Virus record (IMG/VR): IMGVR_UViG_2912375805_000003 | Direction: 5' to 3' (one strand) | From: an uncultured virus (IMG/VR IMGVR_UViG_2912375805_000003) | Taxonomy: Duplodnaviria; Heunggongvirae; Uroviricota; Caudoviricetes | Length of the DNA: 64,000 nt | In this document: one piece after another, positions 48,557 through 57,080 of the stretch | Numbering within the stretch: position 1 is the first letter of the stretch | Layout of the letters: every line of letters starts with the position of its first letter | Made by a program: the position numbers and the translations under genes | Notes under the pieces: model-generated | Database searches by the model: none | Seen by the model: only the letters and a program-made list of their open reading frames with translations | Told to the model about the DNA's origin: nothing

Positions 48557-48796
48557 NAAAGATTAAAGTAGGCTACCTAAAAAGGTAGCCCGGAACGAAT
48601 TTTATCACCATACTTGTGAAAGGAGATATTTTTTAAGTTAGTATTAAGATTGTGTAATATGATGATATCTATATTTTATAGTATCAGTGCTATAAAATCA
48701 AAAATAAGTCACTAATTAACTACCACTCCAATTGTAAGCCTTTTTTCTCACTTTTTTTCAAAAATATGGTATGCTTTTTAATGGCTTCAAATATAA

Positions 48797-48855
48797 AAGA
48801 GTTTAAAGCGTAACACACTTATGGGGAAGTGGTTTGGGGTGCGCTTTAAACTCTT
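48797..48855 (-). ncRNA. Long hairpin with C-rich loop, candidate sRNA
   Basis: AAGAGTTTAAAGCG...CGCTTTAAACTCTT; loop region with ACTTCCCC on the minus strand. Confidence 0.45.
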
Positions 48856-49079
48856 CTTTATTATTATCTCACAATTTAACCCAAATGTCTTTCTATTTAA
48901 AAATCAAAGTAAAACTTTTCAAATATACAGAAGTATAACTATGTGAAACATCCTTTCATTAATCCATAAAAGGATACATAAAAAAGCCACTCATTTGAGT
49001 GGCAATGAAGAAAAGCTTTAGCTTGTATAATACTCTTCAAAAAAATTCTAACACAGAACGATTCAAATGGCTACGTTAA

Positions 49080-49153
49080 TGTACCCTGTAGGACTCGAAC
49101 CTACGACCGGACGGTTATGAGCCGTCTGCTCTGACCAACTGAGCTAAGGGTAC
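49080..49153 (-). tRNA. tRNA with CAU anticodon (Ile2-like or Met)
   Basis: GTACCCT/AGGGTAC acceptor; GACGG-CTCATAA-CCGTC anticodon arm; GTAGG-TTCGAGT-CCTAC; no encoded CCA. Confidence 0.93.
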
Positions 49154-49276
49154 TGGTTGTTGCCACATAAAGCCATAAACAATCAACCAGTAGAATGTGT
49201 GGCAACAAACCTGTTATCGCATAGCTTGGAGTGTGACTATTTATGGGTGATAGTGAAGATATGCGATAACATCACT

Positions 49277-49306
49277 ATTTTATCGAATGATTTTTATAGT
49301 TGTCAA
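49277..49306 (-). promoter_or_regulatory. SigA promoter for the hairpin/tRNA cassette
   Basis: Minus TTGACA-18-TAAAAT just after the lysin terminator hairpin (49321-49337). Confidence 0.7.
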
Positions 49307-49519
49307 TATAGTTATGTACTGCTCCTCAACGAGGAGCTATTTTTATCGTTTAGGAATATTTAAATACCAACGTTTGTCATGGAAATCTTGCGCACCGCCT
49401 TTAGTGTTTCCCTCTGGATCATTCGTTGCCCGCATCATGACNNNNNNNNNNNNNNNTTATCGAATAATTTTTATAGTTGTCAATATAGTTATGTACTGCT
49501 CCTCAACGAGGAGCTATTT

Positions 49520-50545
49520 TTATCGTTTAGGAATATTTAAATACCAACGTTTGTCATGGAAATCTTGCGCACCGCCTTTAGTGTTTCCCTCTGGATCATT
49601 CGTTGCCCGCATCATTACATAGACTTTCTTACTAGGAAAATTACGCATATTGAAAGATACATGATAACCAACATTTCCAGAAGTATTATAAGCTTGGTTT
49701 ACATCTGGTCTATAAATTCCATCAGCTCTTACTCGAGCTAATTCTTTCCCAGTATTGTAGTCCATAATGAAAATATACTCGTATTTATAGTTAGCAATGT
49801 GCCATCCAGCCACATGCAAGTTTGCGTTTTCGATTTCCCCAAACTGATCAATGTGGGCGTGATTTGTTCCATCTGTCAGCGTAGGATTAGCTGCACCAGC
49901 TCGTGTTGGATCAATGACAGGCTTGTTTTCAGAAGTTGTTGGATTTTCATCGGTAAATCCATGAGCTAAATCATAAGCAAGCTTTTCTTTGCTAACTCCC
50001 ATTTGCGATAAGTAACCATATGGATCTGTGTGGTTCCCCCAAACATAATTTGTCACCCACAAATGAGAAATGATTCCTTTTGTAAATAAAGAAGTTCCTT
50101 GATCAAGAGTCAATGGAATTCCATATTTTTTTGCACTATCTCTTGTATATTCAATATAAGCTCGATAGTTTTTTTCAAACAATGCTTTATCATATGTGCG
50201 CTGTAATTCAATCTGTACAGGCGCATAAGGATTAGCGTTACCAGCTCCCCACGAAACATATCCTTGCTCACCCACACGGTAAACAATCCCACCGTCACCA
50301 ATAACATCTGTAGTATAAGGATTGCTTCCGTTATAATTATTTTTCATGTTGGCGGCTACGTTTCTTGCTGGTGCATCTATTCCAGTTTCGTGCAAAATAA
50401 TTTTGTTAGGAATTGCTAATCTGGAGTCTCCTTGATTCGGCGCTAAATTATACTCGTCATTAATAGTATAAGCAAACGTATTAATGGGTAATAAAAAAAG
50501 AGCCGTTAACAGGCTCATCGCAGTAATAGTAATTTTCTTTTTCAT
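49520..50545 (-). CDS. Endolysin (Amidase_2 plus C-terminal domain) with signal peptide
   Basis: IILHET, QIEL, SHLWV, HTDP; full length 341 aa. Confidence 0.92.
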   Translation of the reverse strand: MKKKITITAMSLLTALFLLPINTFAYTINDEYNLAPNQGDSRLAIPNKIILHETGIDAPARNVAANMKNNYNGSNPYTTDVIGDGGIVYRVGEQGYVSWGAGNANPYAPVQIELQRTYDKALFEKNYRAYIEYTRDSAKKYGIPLTLDQGTSLFTKGIISHLWVTNYVWGNHTDPYGYLSQMGVSKEKLAYDLAHGFTDENPTTSENKPVIDPTRAGAANPTLTDGTNHAHIDQFGEIENANLHVAGWHIANYKYEYIFIMDYNTGKELARVRADGIYRPDVNQAYNTSGNVGYHVSFNMRNFPSKKVYVMMRATNDPEGNTKGGAQDFHDKRWYLNIPKR

Positions 50546-50766
50546 TTGTTTCCTCCTTCTTCGCTTTCAGCCGAGAACATTTTGTAGGTTCGATTTGATA
50601 CACCCAACACACTCCCTAAAAACGCGCCAAAACCAGTAATGATGACAACACAGATATCTGTGTACTGCCAATTGAGCGCTTTACCAACTAACCCCACGAA
50701 AGTAGCTAGTGCGGGAATAATTACCAGTGCGAACCATTTTAGTACTTCGAACGTTTTATTATTCAT
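50542..50766 (-). CDS. Phage holin
   Basis: Two TM helices; LKWFALVIIPALAT; overlaps the lysin start. Confidence 0.88.
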   Translation of the reverse strand: MNNKTFEVLKWFALVIIPALATFVGLVGKALNWQYTDICVVIITGFGAFLGSVLGVSNRTYKMFSAESEEGGNK

Positions 50767-51056
50767 TTTCTTCTCTCCCTAAATAAAGTTTTAATTTGTT
50801 GCGTGTGTTCTACCAATTTTTCTGCATGTGTATCTAATCTTTCATCGTGTTTCTTTAGTTCTTCATGAATCATCAATCGATCTGATTTGCTCGATTCTAA
50901 ATCTTTAGTCAGCAAATCTAAATTGTGACTTACTTTTGAAAGAGTCTCAGTAATCTTCGAGAAAGATGCAGTAATTGGTTTTATTACTAATAAAATCAAA
51001 GAAACGATAGCGGTTATTGATCCTGCTATCGCTCCCCATTCCCCTAAATTAATCAT
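50763..51056 (-). CDS. Holin-associated membrane protein
   Basis: N-terminal TM plus coiled coil. Confidence 0.65.
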   Translation of the reverse strand: MINLGEWGAIAGSITAIVSLILLVIKPITASFSKITETLSKVSHNLDLLTKDLESSKSDRLMIHEELKKHDERLDTHAEKLVEHTQQIKTLFRERRK

Positions 51057-51093
51057 GTGACAACTCCTTGAATCAAAATAAAAAGCACATCAA

Positions 51094-51231
51094 TTAAGAT
51101 GCGCTCTCTTCTTTGCTAATGATTTTATCTGCTTTTTCTTCAGTAATGCACAACGGAACGAAAACCATTACTTGTTCGTTAGTGAAACAGCCCCAATCAT
51201 ACATCATTTTCACATCGCTAAAACTAAACAT
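51094..51231 (-). CDS. XkdX-like small phage protein
   Basis: Homolog of 6323-6460. Confidence 0.7.
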   Translation of the reverse strand: MFSFSDVKMMYDWGCFTNEQVMVFVPLCITEEKADKIISKEESAS

Positions 51232-51232
51232 A

Positions 51233-51679
51233 CTACTCACCTCCCTTTGAAGCTGGATTTAGTTGCTCTTTAATTTCTGAAATGTCTTTGCTATTTTGTA
51301 ACGAAGCAAGCATCATTTTTGAATTGATTTGTGCTAAACTATCCGCTTTTTCTTTCAATGCAGTATTTTCCTGTTTAATTGCTACATCGCTTAGCATGAG
51401 TTTGGCATTGATCTGTTTTAAATCGCCGTTCTCATTTTCTAACGACTCATACATTGCTTTGAGATTGTTTAAATCGTTGTGATCTAGTGCGTTCGCTAAA
51501 ATAATCCATTGATTCAATTTAGGATCAAACATTTGATCAGCGATTGTTAACGGTTCGCCATCAGCACGAATTCCTTCAAGCGGTGGCTGATCTGTGTAAG
51601 GAACGGATACAAGCATGTCGTCCAATACTTTTCCTGCGTACTCTCCGCCAGTACGTCCATATTTCCAAATGTTTTTCAT
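51233..51679 (-). CDS. Phage tail-associated hypothetical protein
   Basis: Homolog of 6462-6908. Confidence 0.75.
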   Translation of the reverse strand: MKNIWKYGRTGGEYAGKVLDDMLVSVPYTDQPPLEGIRADGEPLTIADQMFDPKLNQWIILANALDHNDLNNLKAMYESLENENGDLKQINAKLMLSDVAIKQENTALKEKADSLAQINSKMMLASLQNSKDISEIKEQLNPASKGGE

Positions 51680-51825
51680 TTATTTCCCTCCCAGTAATTG
51701 AATTTCGGTTTCCAATTTGGAATCGGTGGTTCGACTTCTGTGCATTCTTCCGGTAAATGTTCTTCATCATTCACAATGATTTGCTCGAATCCGTAAGGTT
51801 CAATTGGTCTATATGCTGCCTTCAT
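51676..51825 (-). CDS. Small phage protein (49 aa)
   Basis: MKAAYRPIEPYGFEQ...CTEVEPPIPNWKPKF; ATGA overlap with the next gene. Confidence 0.55.
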   Translation of the reverse strand: MKAAYRPIEPYGFEQIIVNDEEHLPEECTEVEPPIPNWKPKFNYWEGNK

Positions 51826-51841
51826 ATCGATTCACGCTTTT

Positions 51842-53968
51842 CTAAATCGTGTAAGTAATTGCAAAGGTATAATCCGATCCATAACTTGAGTTTCTTCGCC
51901 ATTTAATGGCTCCATCTGCACCAATAGATAACTGAGCACTGTTCAAAGTAGAACGGTCTATCGAGCCAACCAGTTGCTCAAAACTAATTGGTGGCCGATA
52001 GCCTTCTGGAATTGTTAGTATCGTTGAATCATTTCCACCACTGCTTTTTCCGTTTAAAGCCACAAAATATATAGAAACTGTTTTTCCTTCACGATAAAGC
52101 TTTGCTGATCCGGTATTCCCGTTTGTAACTGTTAATGTGGTAGTAGCTGTATCATTAATGCGTTCATCGATCTTATTGTCTAATTCATCTATAGCAGTCG
52201 CATTAGCATTCGCTTTTGTTTGAGCATCCTTAGCTGTGGTGTCTACTTCATTAATTGAAGCAGTCAACTGCGAATTAATCTCCGATACTTTCCCATCGGT
52301 ATAATTGTTTGCTTTACCAGTAATTTCAGAAATTTTAATATCTGTGGCCAAATTATCTTCGACATATTCTGGTGCTAGATCCCAAACATAATCTTTTGGA
52401 TTGTTTGAATCACGCATACCAGTACCACGATATTTATACTCACTAATATTCGGGGTTCGAGTATTGCCTTTTTCTAGTTTGAGCCACTCAATTTGAACAG
52501 CTCCTTTTGTAGCTGACGGGTATTGGTATATTTCCAGATAATTAGTTACCCCACTATCTATATGTTGCTTAGTTACAGTAAAAGTTAACTCCCATGTATT
52601 AGCTAACCCCTCAGTAGGCTTCATGTCTCCTACTTTAACGCGGCCAGCAGCAATATACACGGCAAACGATTGAACTGTTAGTTTAGTTGCTTTCATTGAT
52701 ATGGTATATGTTTGGTCAGCGATATAGTTTTCTGTATTGCGTCTACCATAAACCATATATTCACTAGTTTTGTGTGGAAAGACAACTGTAGGGTCAGCAA
52801 TATTCTCGCCTAAAGGAACTTTACCTAACCAGTAAGGGCCATCTAGTAAGTTAGGGTAGTGTGCTTTTAACTTAACGTCATAGCTGACACTAACCGTTCC
52901 TTTATATTCACTATTAAGTGAGAATATTTCAACATAACAGTTTGTTATGCTAGTTACATTATCTTTTGTTATACCAGTAAATGTATGAGTGACCATTTTA
53001 TCGCGTTCTACATTTGCTGGTATTAATGCATTAATGGGCAGTTCTATACCACCTTGTTCATTTAAATATCTAAGCCTAACCCCTATAGTATTGGTCTCTC
53101 CAGTCCAATCTGAACCGACACTCATAGTAACGCTTAATGTGTATGTCGTAGATGGTCGTAAAGTGGTTATAAGATACCTATTATTAGCTTCCGCTGTACA
53201 CGGAATACCTAAGCCAAGCGATAATATGTCGCCGGAATTAGCTGTTCTAGTTTTAGTATGAGTTATAACCCTTTTAACACTATCTTTAACTGTATGTCCA
53301 TTACCTAACAAAGGTCCAACCCAAGGTTCTGTAATATATGGCATTAAATTCGGGTTCTCCGAATAATCATAGTCCCCGAAGTCGATGCTGTTACTGTACA
53401 TCACTTGTAAGTTACCTAACTTAGAAATTTCTTCTTTCAGAGCATCTAACTTGTCTTGTAGCGTTTTAGCTTGACCAGTTAAATCAGTAATCTGTTGATT
53501 TAAGCTATCCACTCTACCTTTGATTTCAGCCATAAAAGCATCAAAAGTTTCGTTGTACTTTCGAATCAACTCTTCTAATTGCGAAACATATTCATCGGCT
53601 TGGCCTTGCGAAATGTCAGACACTCCTAGTGAGAAAAAAATGATATCTTGCGTTGTTAAAATTTGATTGTCTTTTCTATATTCTACGTAGCAGTGTTTAT
53701 AATATCCTGCTTCACTCATAAATGTGCCATCAAGAGAAAACGTGACTTCTTCACTAGTTACACTAGTTGCAACATTATCTACGTAACGGTTAGATGGTGT
53801 TGTTCCTTTTAAAGTAAATGTTCCGCCACTCGTATCCATCTGCAAGCCATTTAGAAACGGTTTAACCGTCACCGTAATCCCTTTATCACCTTGACGAGCC
53901 ATAATAGCTTTGGTGTAGTTTAATTCTTTGCTGAAATCTAAAGCCAAATTATATAAACTGCTAGCCAT
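51842..53968 (-). CDS. BppU-like baseplate / receptor-binding protein
   Basis: ARQGDKG N-terminus, coiled coil, CBM-like modules; shares MYSNSIDFG.YDYS.NPNL and LK.EKGNTRTPNIS blocks with 6920-9100. Confidence 0.8.
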   Translation of the reverse strand: MASSLYNLALDFSKELNYTKAIMARQGDKGITVTVKPFLNGLQMDTSGGTFTLKGTTPSNRYVDNVATSVTSEEVTFSLDGTFMSEAGYYKHCYVEYRKDNQILTTQDIIFFSLGVSDISQGQADEYVSQLEELIRKYNETFDAFMAEIKGRVDSLNQQITDLTGQAKTLQDKLDALKEEISKLGNLQVMYSNSIDFGDYDYSENPNLMPYITEPWVGPLLGNGHTVKDSVKRVITHTKTRTANSGDILSLGLGIPCTAEANNRYLITTLRPSTTYTLSVTMSVGSDWTGETNTIGVRLRYLNEQGGIELPINALIPANVERDKMVTHTFTGITKDNVTSITNCYVEIFSLNSEYKGTVSVSYDVKLKAHYPNLLDGPYWLGKVPLGENIADPTVVFPHKTSEYMVYGRRNTENYIADQTYTISMKATKLTVQSFAVYIAAGRVKVGDMKPTEGLANTWELTFTVTKQHIDSGVTNYLEIYQYPSATKGAVQIEWLKLEKGNTRTPNISEYKYRGTGMRDSNNPKDYVWDLAPEYVEDNLATDIKISEITGKANNYTDGKVSEINSQLTASINEVDTTAKDAQTKANANATAIDELDNKIDERINDTATTTLTVTNGNTGSAKLYREGKTVSIYFVALNGKSSGGNDSTILTIPEGYRPPISFEQLVGSIDRSTLNSAQLSIGADGAIKWRRNSSYGSDYTFAITYTI

Positions 53969-53991
53969 TTATATACCTCCTTGTCTTCGTT

Positions 53992-56283
53992 TTAAAAACG
54001 TTTTTGGTCAAGCACTGTGCTATCATATGCTGTATCCTCTTTTAATCTAATATCTTCATACCCTAGACGGTGTGCCACTAAATTCCATCTAACTAATACG
54101 TTTGGCTTACTAGTTTCAATGATGAAATGGTCAATATCTTCATGAGTAACAGCACACAAAACTAGTTCTGTAGGTGTCACATGTGTCATATACCGACTTA
54201 GATTTACTGTTTCAGCAAACATGGGGTCAATATCAACACGAACTTTACCATTGTCACCTGTAACGGCTTCCCCATAATCAGCGAAATAATATTCTGGAGT
54301 TTCATAAGCGTTCAATAGTCGTTGTCCATAATGTTCTGTTGGTACAGTTGAGTTTTTAGTACCTCTAACAGTAAAATCTTTATATACTTGTACCGTTGAT
54401 TGTTCAAACCTAGCAAGTTTCCCATCTTCCCATGAACCAAAAAAACAACCTGGTAACGTTAGCATACCATCACTAGTAAATTTCATAGTCCTACCAGCTA
54501 CCTTAAATTCCCATGAGTTACCCGCACTACCATTAATGCTTAAAGAACTACCGTCGCCAGAAGTTACATAACTAGCATTGCTATACCTGAAATTGGGCGC
54601 ACCAAAAGATAGAAACGGTCTGTTATTACCATTATCCCACGTACTAAAAACCAAGTTACCCTGTGGATTTCTAATCATGAAACCACCACCAGTTTTCATG
54701 GTGTATGATACAATACCGGCATCAGCACTTACATAATCACGTGCTTCTAGCTCCATAATATCTTTGTTAACTTTTTTTGAGTACCAAGTCATTTTGCCAT
54801 TAGCAATACTTGTTCTATAATCAGCACCATCACTAATTAATGTAGTACCTCTAATAGTAATTCCTACTATTTCACCAGCCGTAATAAACGAGGCATTGAA
54901 TCCGCCATCTAACGTCCATGCCGTTTCATATGTTCCATTAATGCCAGTTTTAGAAAAACCAATACCAGCATTGTTGATTTGTAAAACATTCCTTGCGGTA
55001 TTCTTATCTGGTGTGTCCATAATCAAAATACGACTAGGCGCTTCTTTAGGATCTAATAAAACATAACCACCATTTTGACCAGTAATCATATCAGTTTGAT
55101 GATCTACAATATCATTGAGTAAATCACTGATTTCGCCACCGTTTTTCAATTGATCAATGGCATCATTAATCAAATTGCTGACATTATTCTCTGTGTTTTC
55201 TAAGAAGTTTGTTTTGACGTTTCCTACAACTAATTTATCGTATGAATTGGTTAGAACATTAAACGTATATTCCACAATTCTCGCTGACATATTCACTTTT
55301 AACTGTGGATGATACACATCTACTCCGTCACCCATCGAAACTTTTTCTAGATCAACAAATTTTTCATAGCCTCTTTGATGCCTCAATGGTACTAATTCAA
55401 TCGAACCACTCACTTGTGGTTTTTGTTTATCTATGTTTGTTTTCAACCAGTCTTTAGCAGCTTCCCTTAATGTGGCTACATCAGTCGCTTTGTCTTTAAA
55501 ATCAACAAAAGAAACATATCCAGCAGGATAATCATCCACGTAATCCGTGAAAATAACTTCTTCTGGTAGAGTGATCTCGTCTTCTCCTTCTGAAGAGCTG
55601 CTAATGAATGGATAAACTCCAACTAAAACACTTTGAGCATCAATCTCTAAGTCAAGACCAGTTAAGTTTTTAGTATAAATCGCTTTGATTTTATGATCCG
55701 TACCTAGACTTTTTTCATGACGTAATGTGTTATTATCTTTTAGAAACTCACCATGAAATCGATCTAGAATAGATCCCTCTTTTCCACCAAAGAATTCTAA
55801 AAAATTCGCCTTTTCTATCTTCACATTAGCAAGCGTATCTACTAATGACGAGAAAGAAAACTGCGAAGGGATAGCTGGTTTCGCTAAAACTTTTGCGTTT
55901 TGCCATGCCTGAGTAGCAGTGATCTTTTCTGTTCCGCTGTCATATTTATTCAACACCGATTTTCTTATATCATTGAAAATAGGTTCAGCTTTTACTTCTA
56001 TCGTATTGCCTATTACAGAAGTTTTTGCATAATAAATCCGTAGACGCTGTTTTGCTCGATTTTCATCTACATAACACTGAATAATACGTCCGTCTACAAT
56101 CAAATCTGCATTAGTTCCGTTTATTGAATAAGTACCCTGAAATATCTCGGCTCCGTTTAGTTTATTGCTAACAGTAGCTGTTAACCAGTCTGACAAAGCG
56201 CCTAAACCTTGCGTATCATATAAATGTTCAGCTAAATTATTCGCGTCATTTTTATCGTAAATAGTTATTAAATTATCGATCAT
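53992..56283 (-). CDS. Tail spike / Tal (prophage endopeptidase-like) protein
   Basis: Follows Dit; ILIMDTPDKNTA...GIGFSKTGINGTYETAWTLDG. Confidence 0.8.
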   Translation of the reverse strand: MIDNLITIYDKNDANNLAEHLYDTQGLGALSDWLTATVSNKLNGAEIFQGTYSINGTNADLIVDGRIIQCYVDENRAKQRLRIYYAKTSVIGNTIEVKAEPIFNDIRKSVLNKYDSGTEKITATQAWQNAKVLAKPAIPSQFSFSSLVDTLANVKIEKANFLEFFGGKEGSILDRFHGEFLKDNNTLRHEKSLGTDHKIKAIYTKNLTGLDLEIDAQSVLVGVYPFISSSSEGEDEITLPEEVIFTDYVDDYPAGYVSFVDFKDKATDVATLREAAKDWLKTNIDKQKPQVSGSIELVPLRHQRGYEKFVDLEKVSMGDGVDVYHPQLKVNMSARIVEYTFNVLTNSYDKLVVGNVKTNFLENTENNVSNLINDAIDQLKNGGEISDLLNDIVDHQTDMITGQNGGYVLLDPKEAPSRILIMDTPDKNTARNVLQINNAGIGFSKTGINGTYETAWTLDGGFNASFITAGEIVGITIRGTTLISDGADYRTSIANGKMTWYSKKVNKDIMELEARDYVSADAGIVSYTMKTGGGFMIRNPQGNLVFSTWDNGNNRPFLSFGAPNFRYSNASYVTSGDGSSLSINGSAGNSWEFKVAGRTMKFTSDGMLTLPGCFFGSWEDGKLARFEQSTVQVYKDFTVRGTKNSTVPTEHYGQRLLNAYETPEYYFADYGEAVTGDNGKVRVDIDPMFAETVNLSRYMTHVTPTELVLCAVTHEDIDHFIIETSKPNVLVRWNLVAHRLGYEDIRLKEDTAYDSTVLDQKRF

Positions 56284-56292
56284 CTATTTCAC

Positions 56293-57030
56293 CTACCTTA
56301 ACCCGTTACGATAAATTTGTATTTTGCTCAAACCAGTGCAATTAAAATGATTGATATCCACTTGCAATGTCGGATATTGCATGGTCTTCATTTTGTTGGA
56401 CCGATCTAAAATATCTCCGTCCGATTGCTCTTCGTAGCAAAGCATCAAATCACTATCAATGACTACATCAGTTCCTGCTACTAAGCCTTCGAAACTAAAC
56501 ACATAATCATTTAAGATGAACTGGCATGAAGTAGCTGAAGGAGTGATGATAATCTTTGGAAAACTTTCTTCTAAACTATTATTCAGCAAGTTAAATGACT
56601 GTGGTTTATCTACGGTTATAGGTACATCTTCTTGAACTCTTGCGAATGGTTTCGCAGTAATATTTACATCGAACTCTCCCCATTCAACAATATCGTTTTC
56701 TGCATCCCCAATATCGATAGTCTGGATAACGTAATAGACGTTGGGATCGTCAGAGAATTCTAATTTCTTTGCATAGTTTAACCAATGACGCATGATATAA
56801 AACGATTGCTTGAACGCTTGATGGTCTTCCACATCCTCTAAATAGTTATAGTGCAATGTAAACGACATATCTTCAAACGAGTAATCTTGTACTAAGCCAC
56901 CTAACCTACCTAAAACAGAAGTTTCAACTCTCTGTCTTTTTGGAGAAGGTATGGTTGGTCTTTCAGCTAAAGCCAATTTATGCAAATAATCAGGAAATCC
57001 ATCGATTATAGAATGTATACAATCAGTCAT
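56293..57030 (-). CDS. Distal tail protein (Dit)
   Basis: 245 aa after TMP; LEFSDDPNVYY. Confidence 0.78.
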   Translation of the reverse strand: MTDCIHSIIDGFPDYLHKLALAERPTIPSPKRQRVETSVLGRLGGLVQDYSFEDMSFTLHYNYLEDVEDHQAFKQSFYIMRHWLNYAKKLEFSDDPNVYYVIQTIDIGDAENDIVEWGEFDVNITAKPFARVQEDVPITVDKPQSFNLLNNSLEESFPKIIITPSATSCQFILNDYVFSFEGLVAGTDVVIDSDLMLCYEEQSDGDILDRSNKMKTMQYPTLQVDINHFNCTGLSKIQIYRNGLR

Positions 57031-57080
57031 TTTTTCACATCCTTTTTAATACTAAAAAAACAGGAGAAATACTCTCCTGT

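Noticed and set aside
48540..48570. Prophage 2 integrated into trmD
   Set aside because: The junction is an N join; trmD is essential and its 5' part is simply on another contig
49279..49620. Direct repeat of the lysin 3' end and ORF 49287-49622
   Set aside because: Copies flank the 15-N gap; overlapping contig ends
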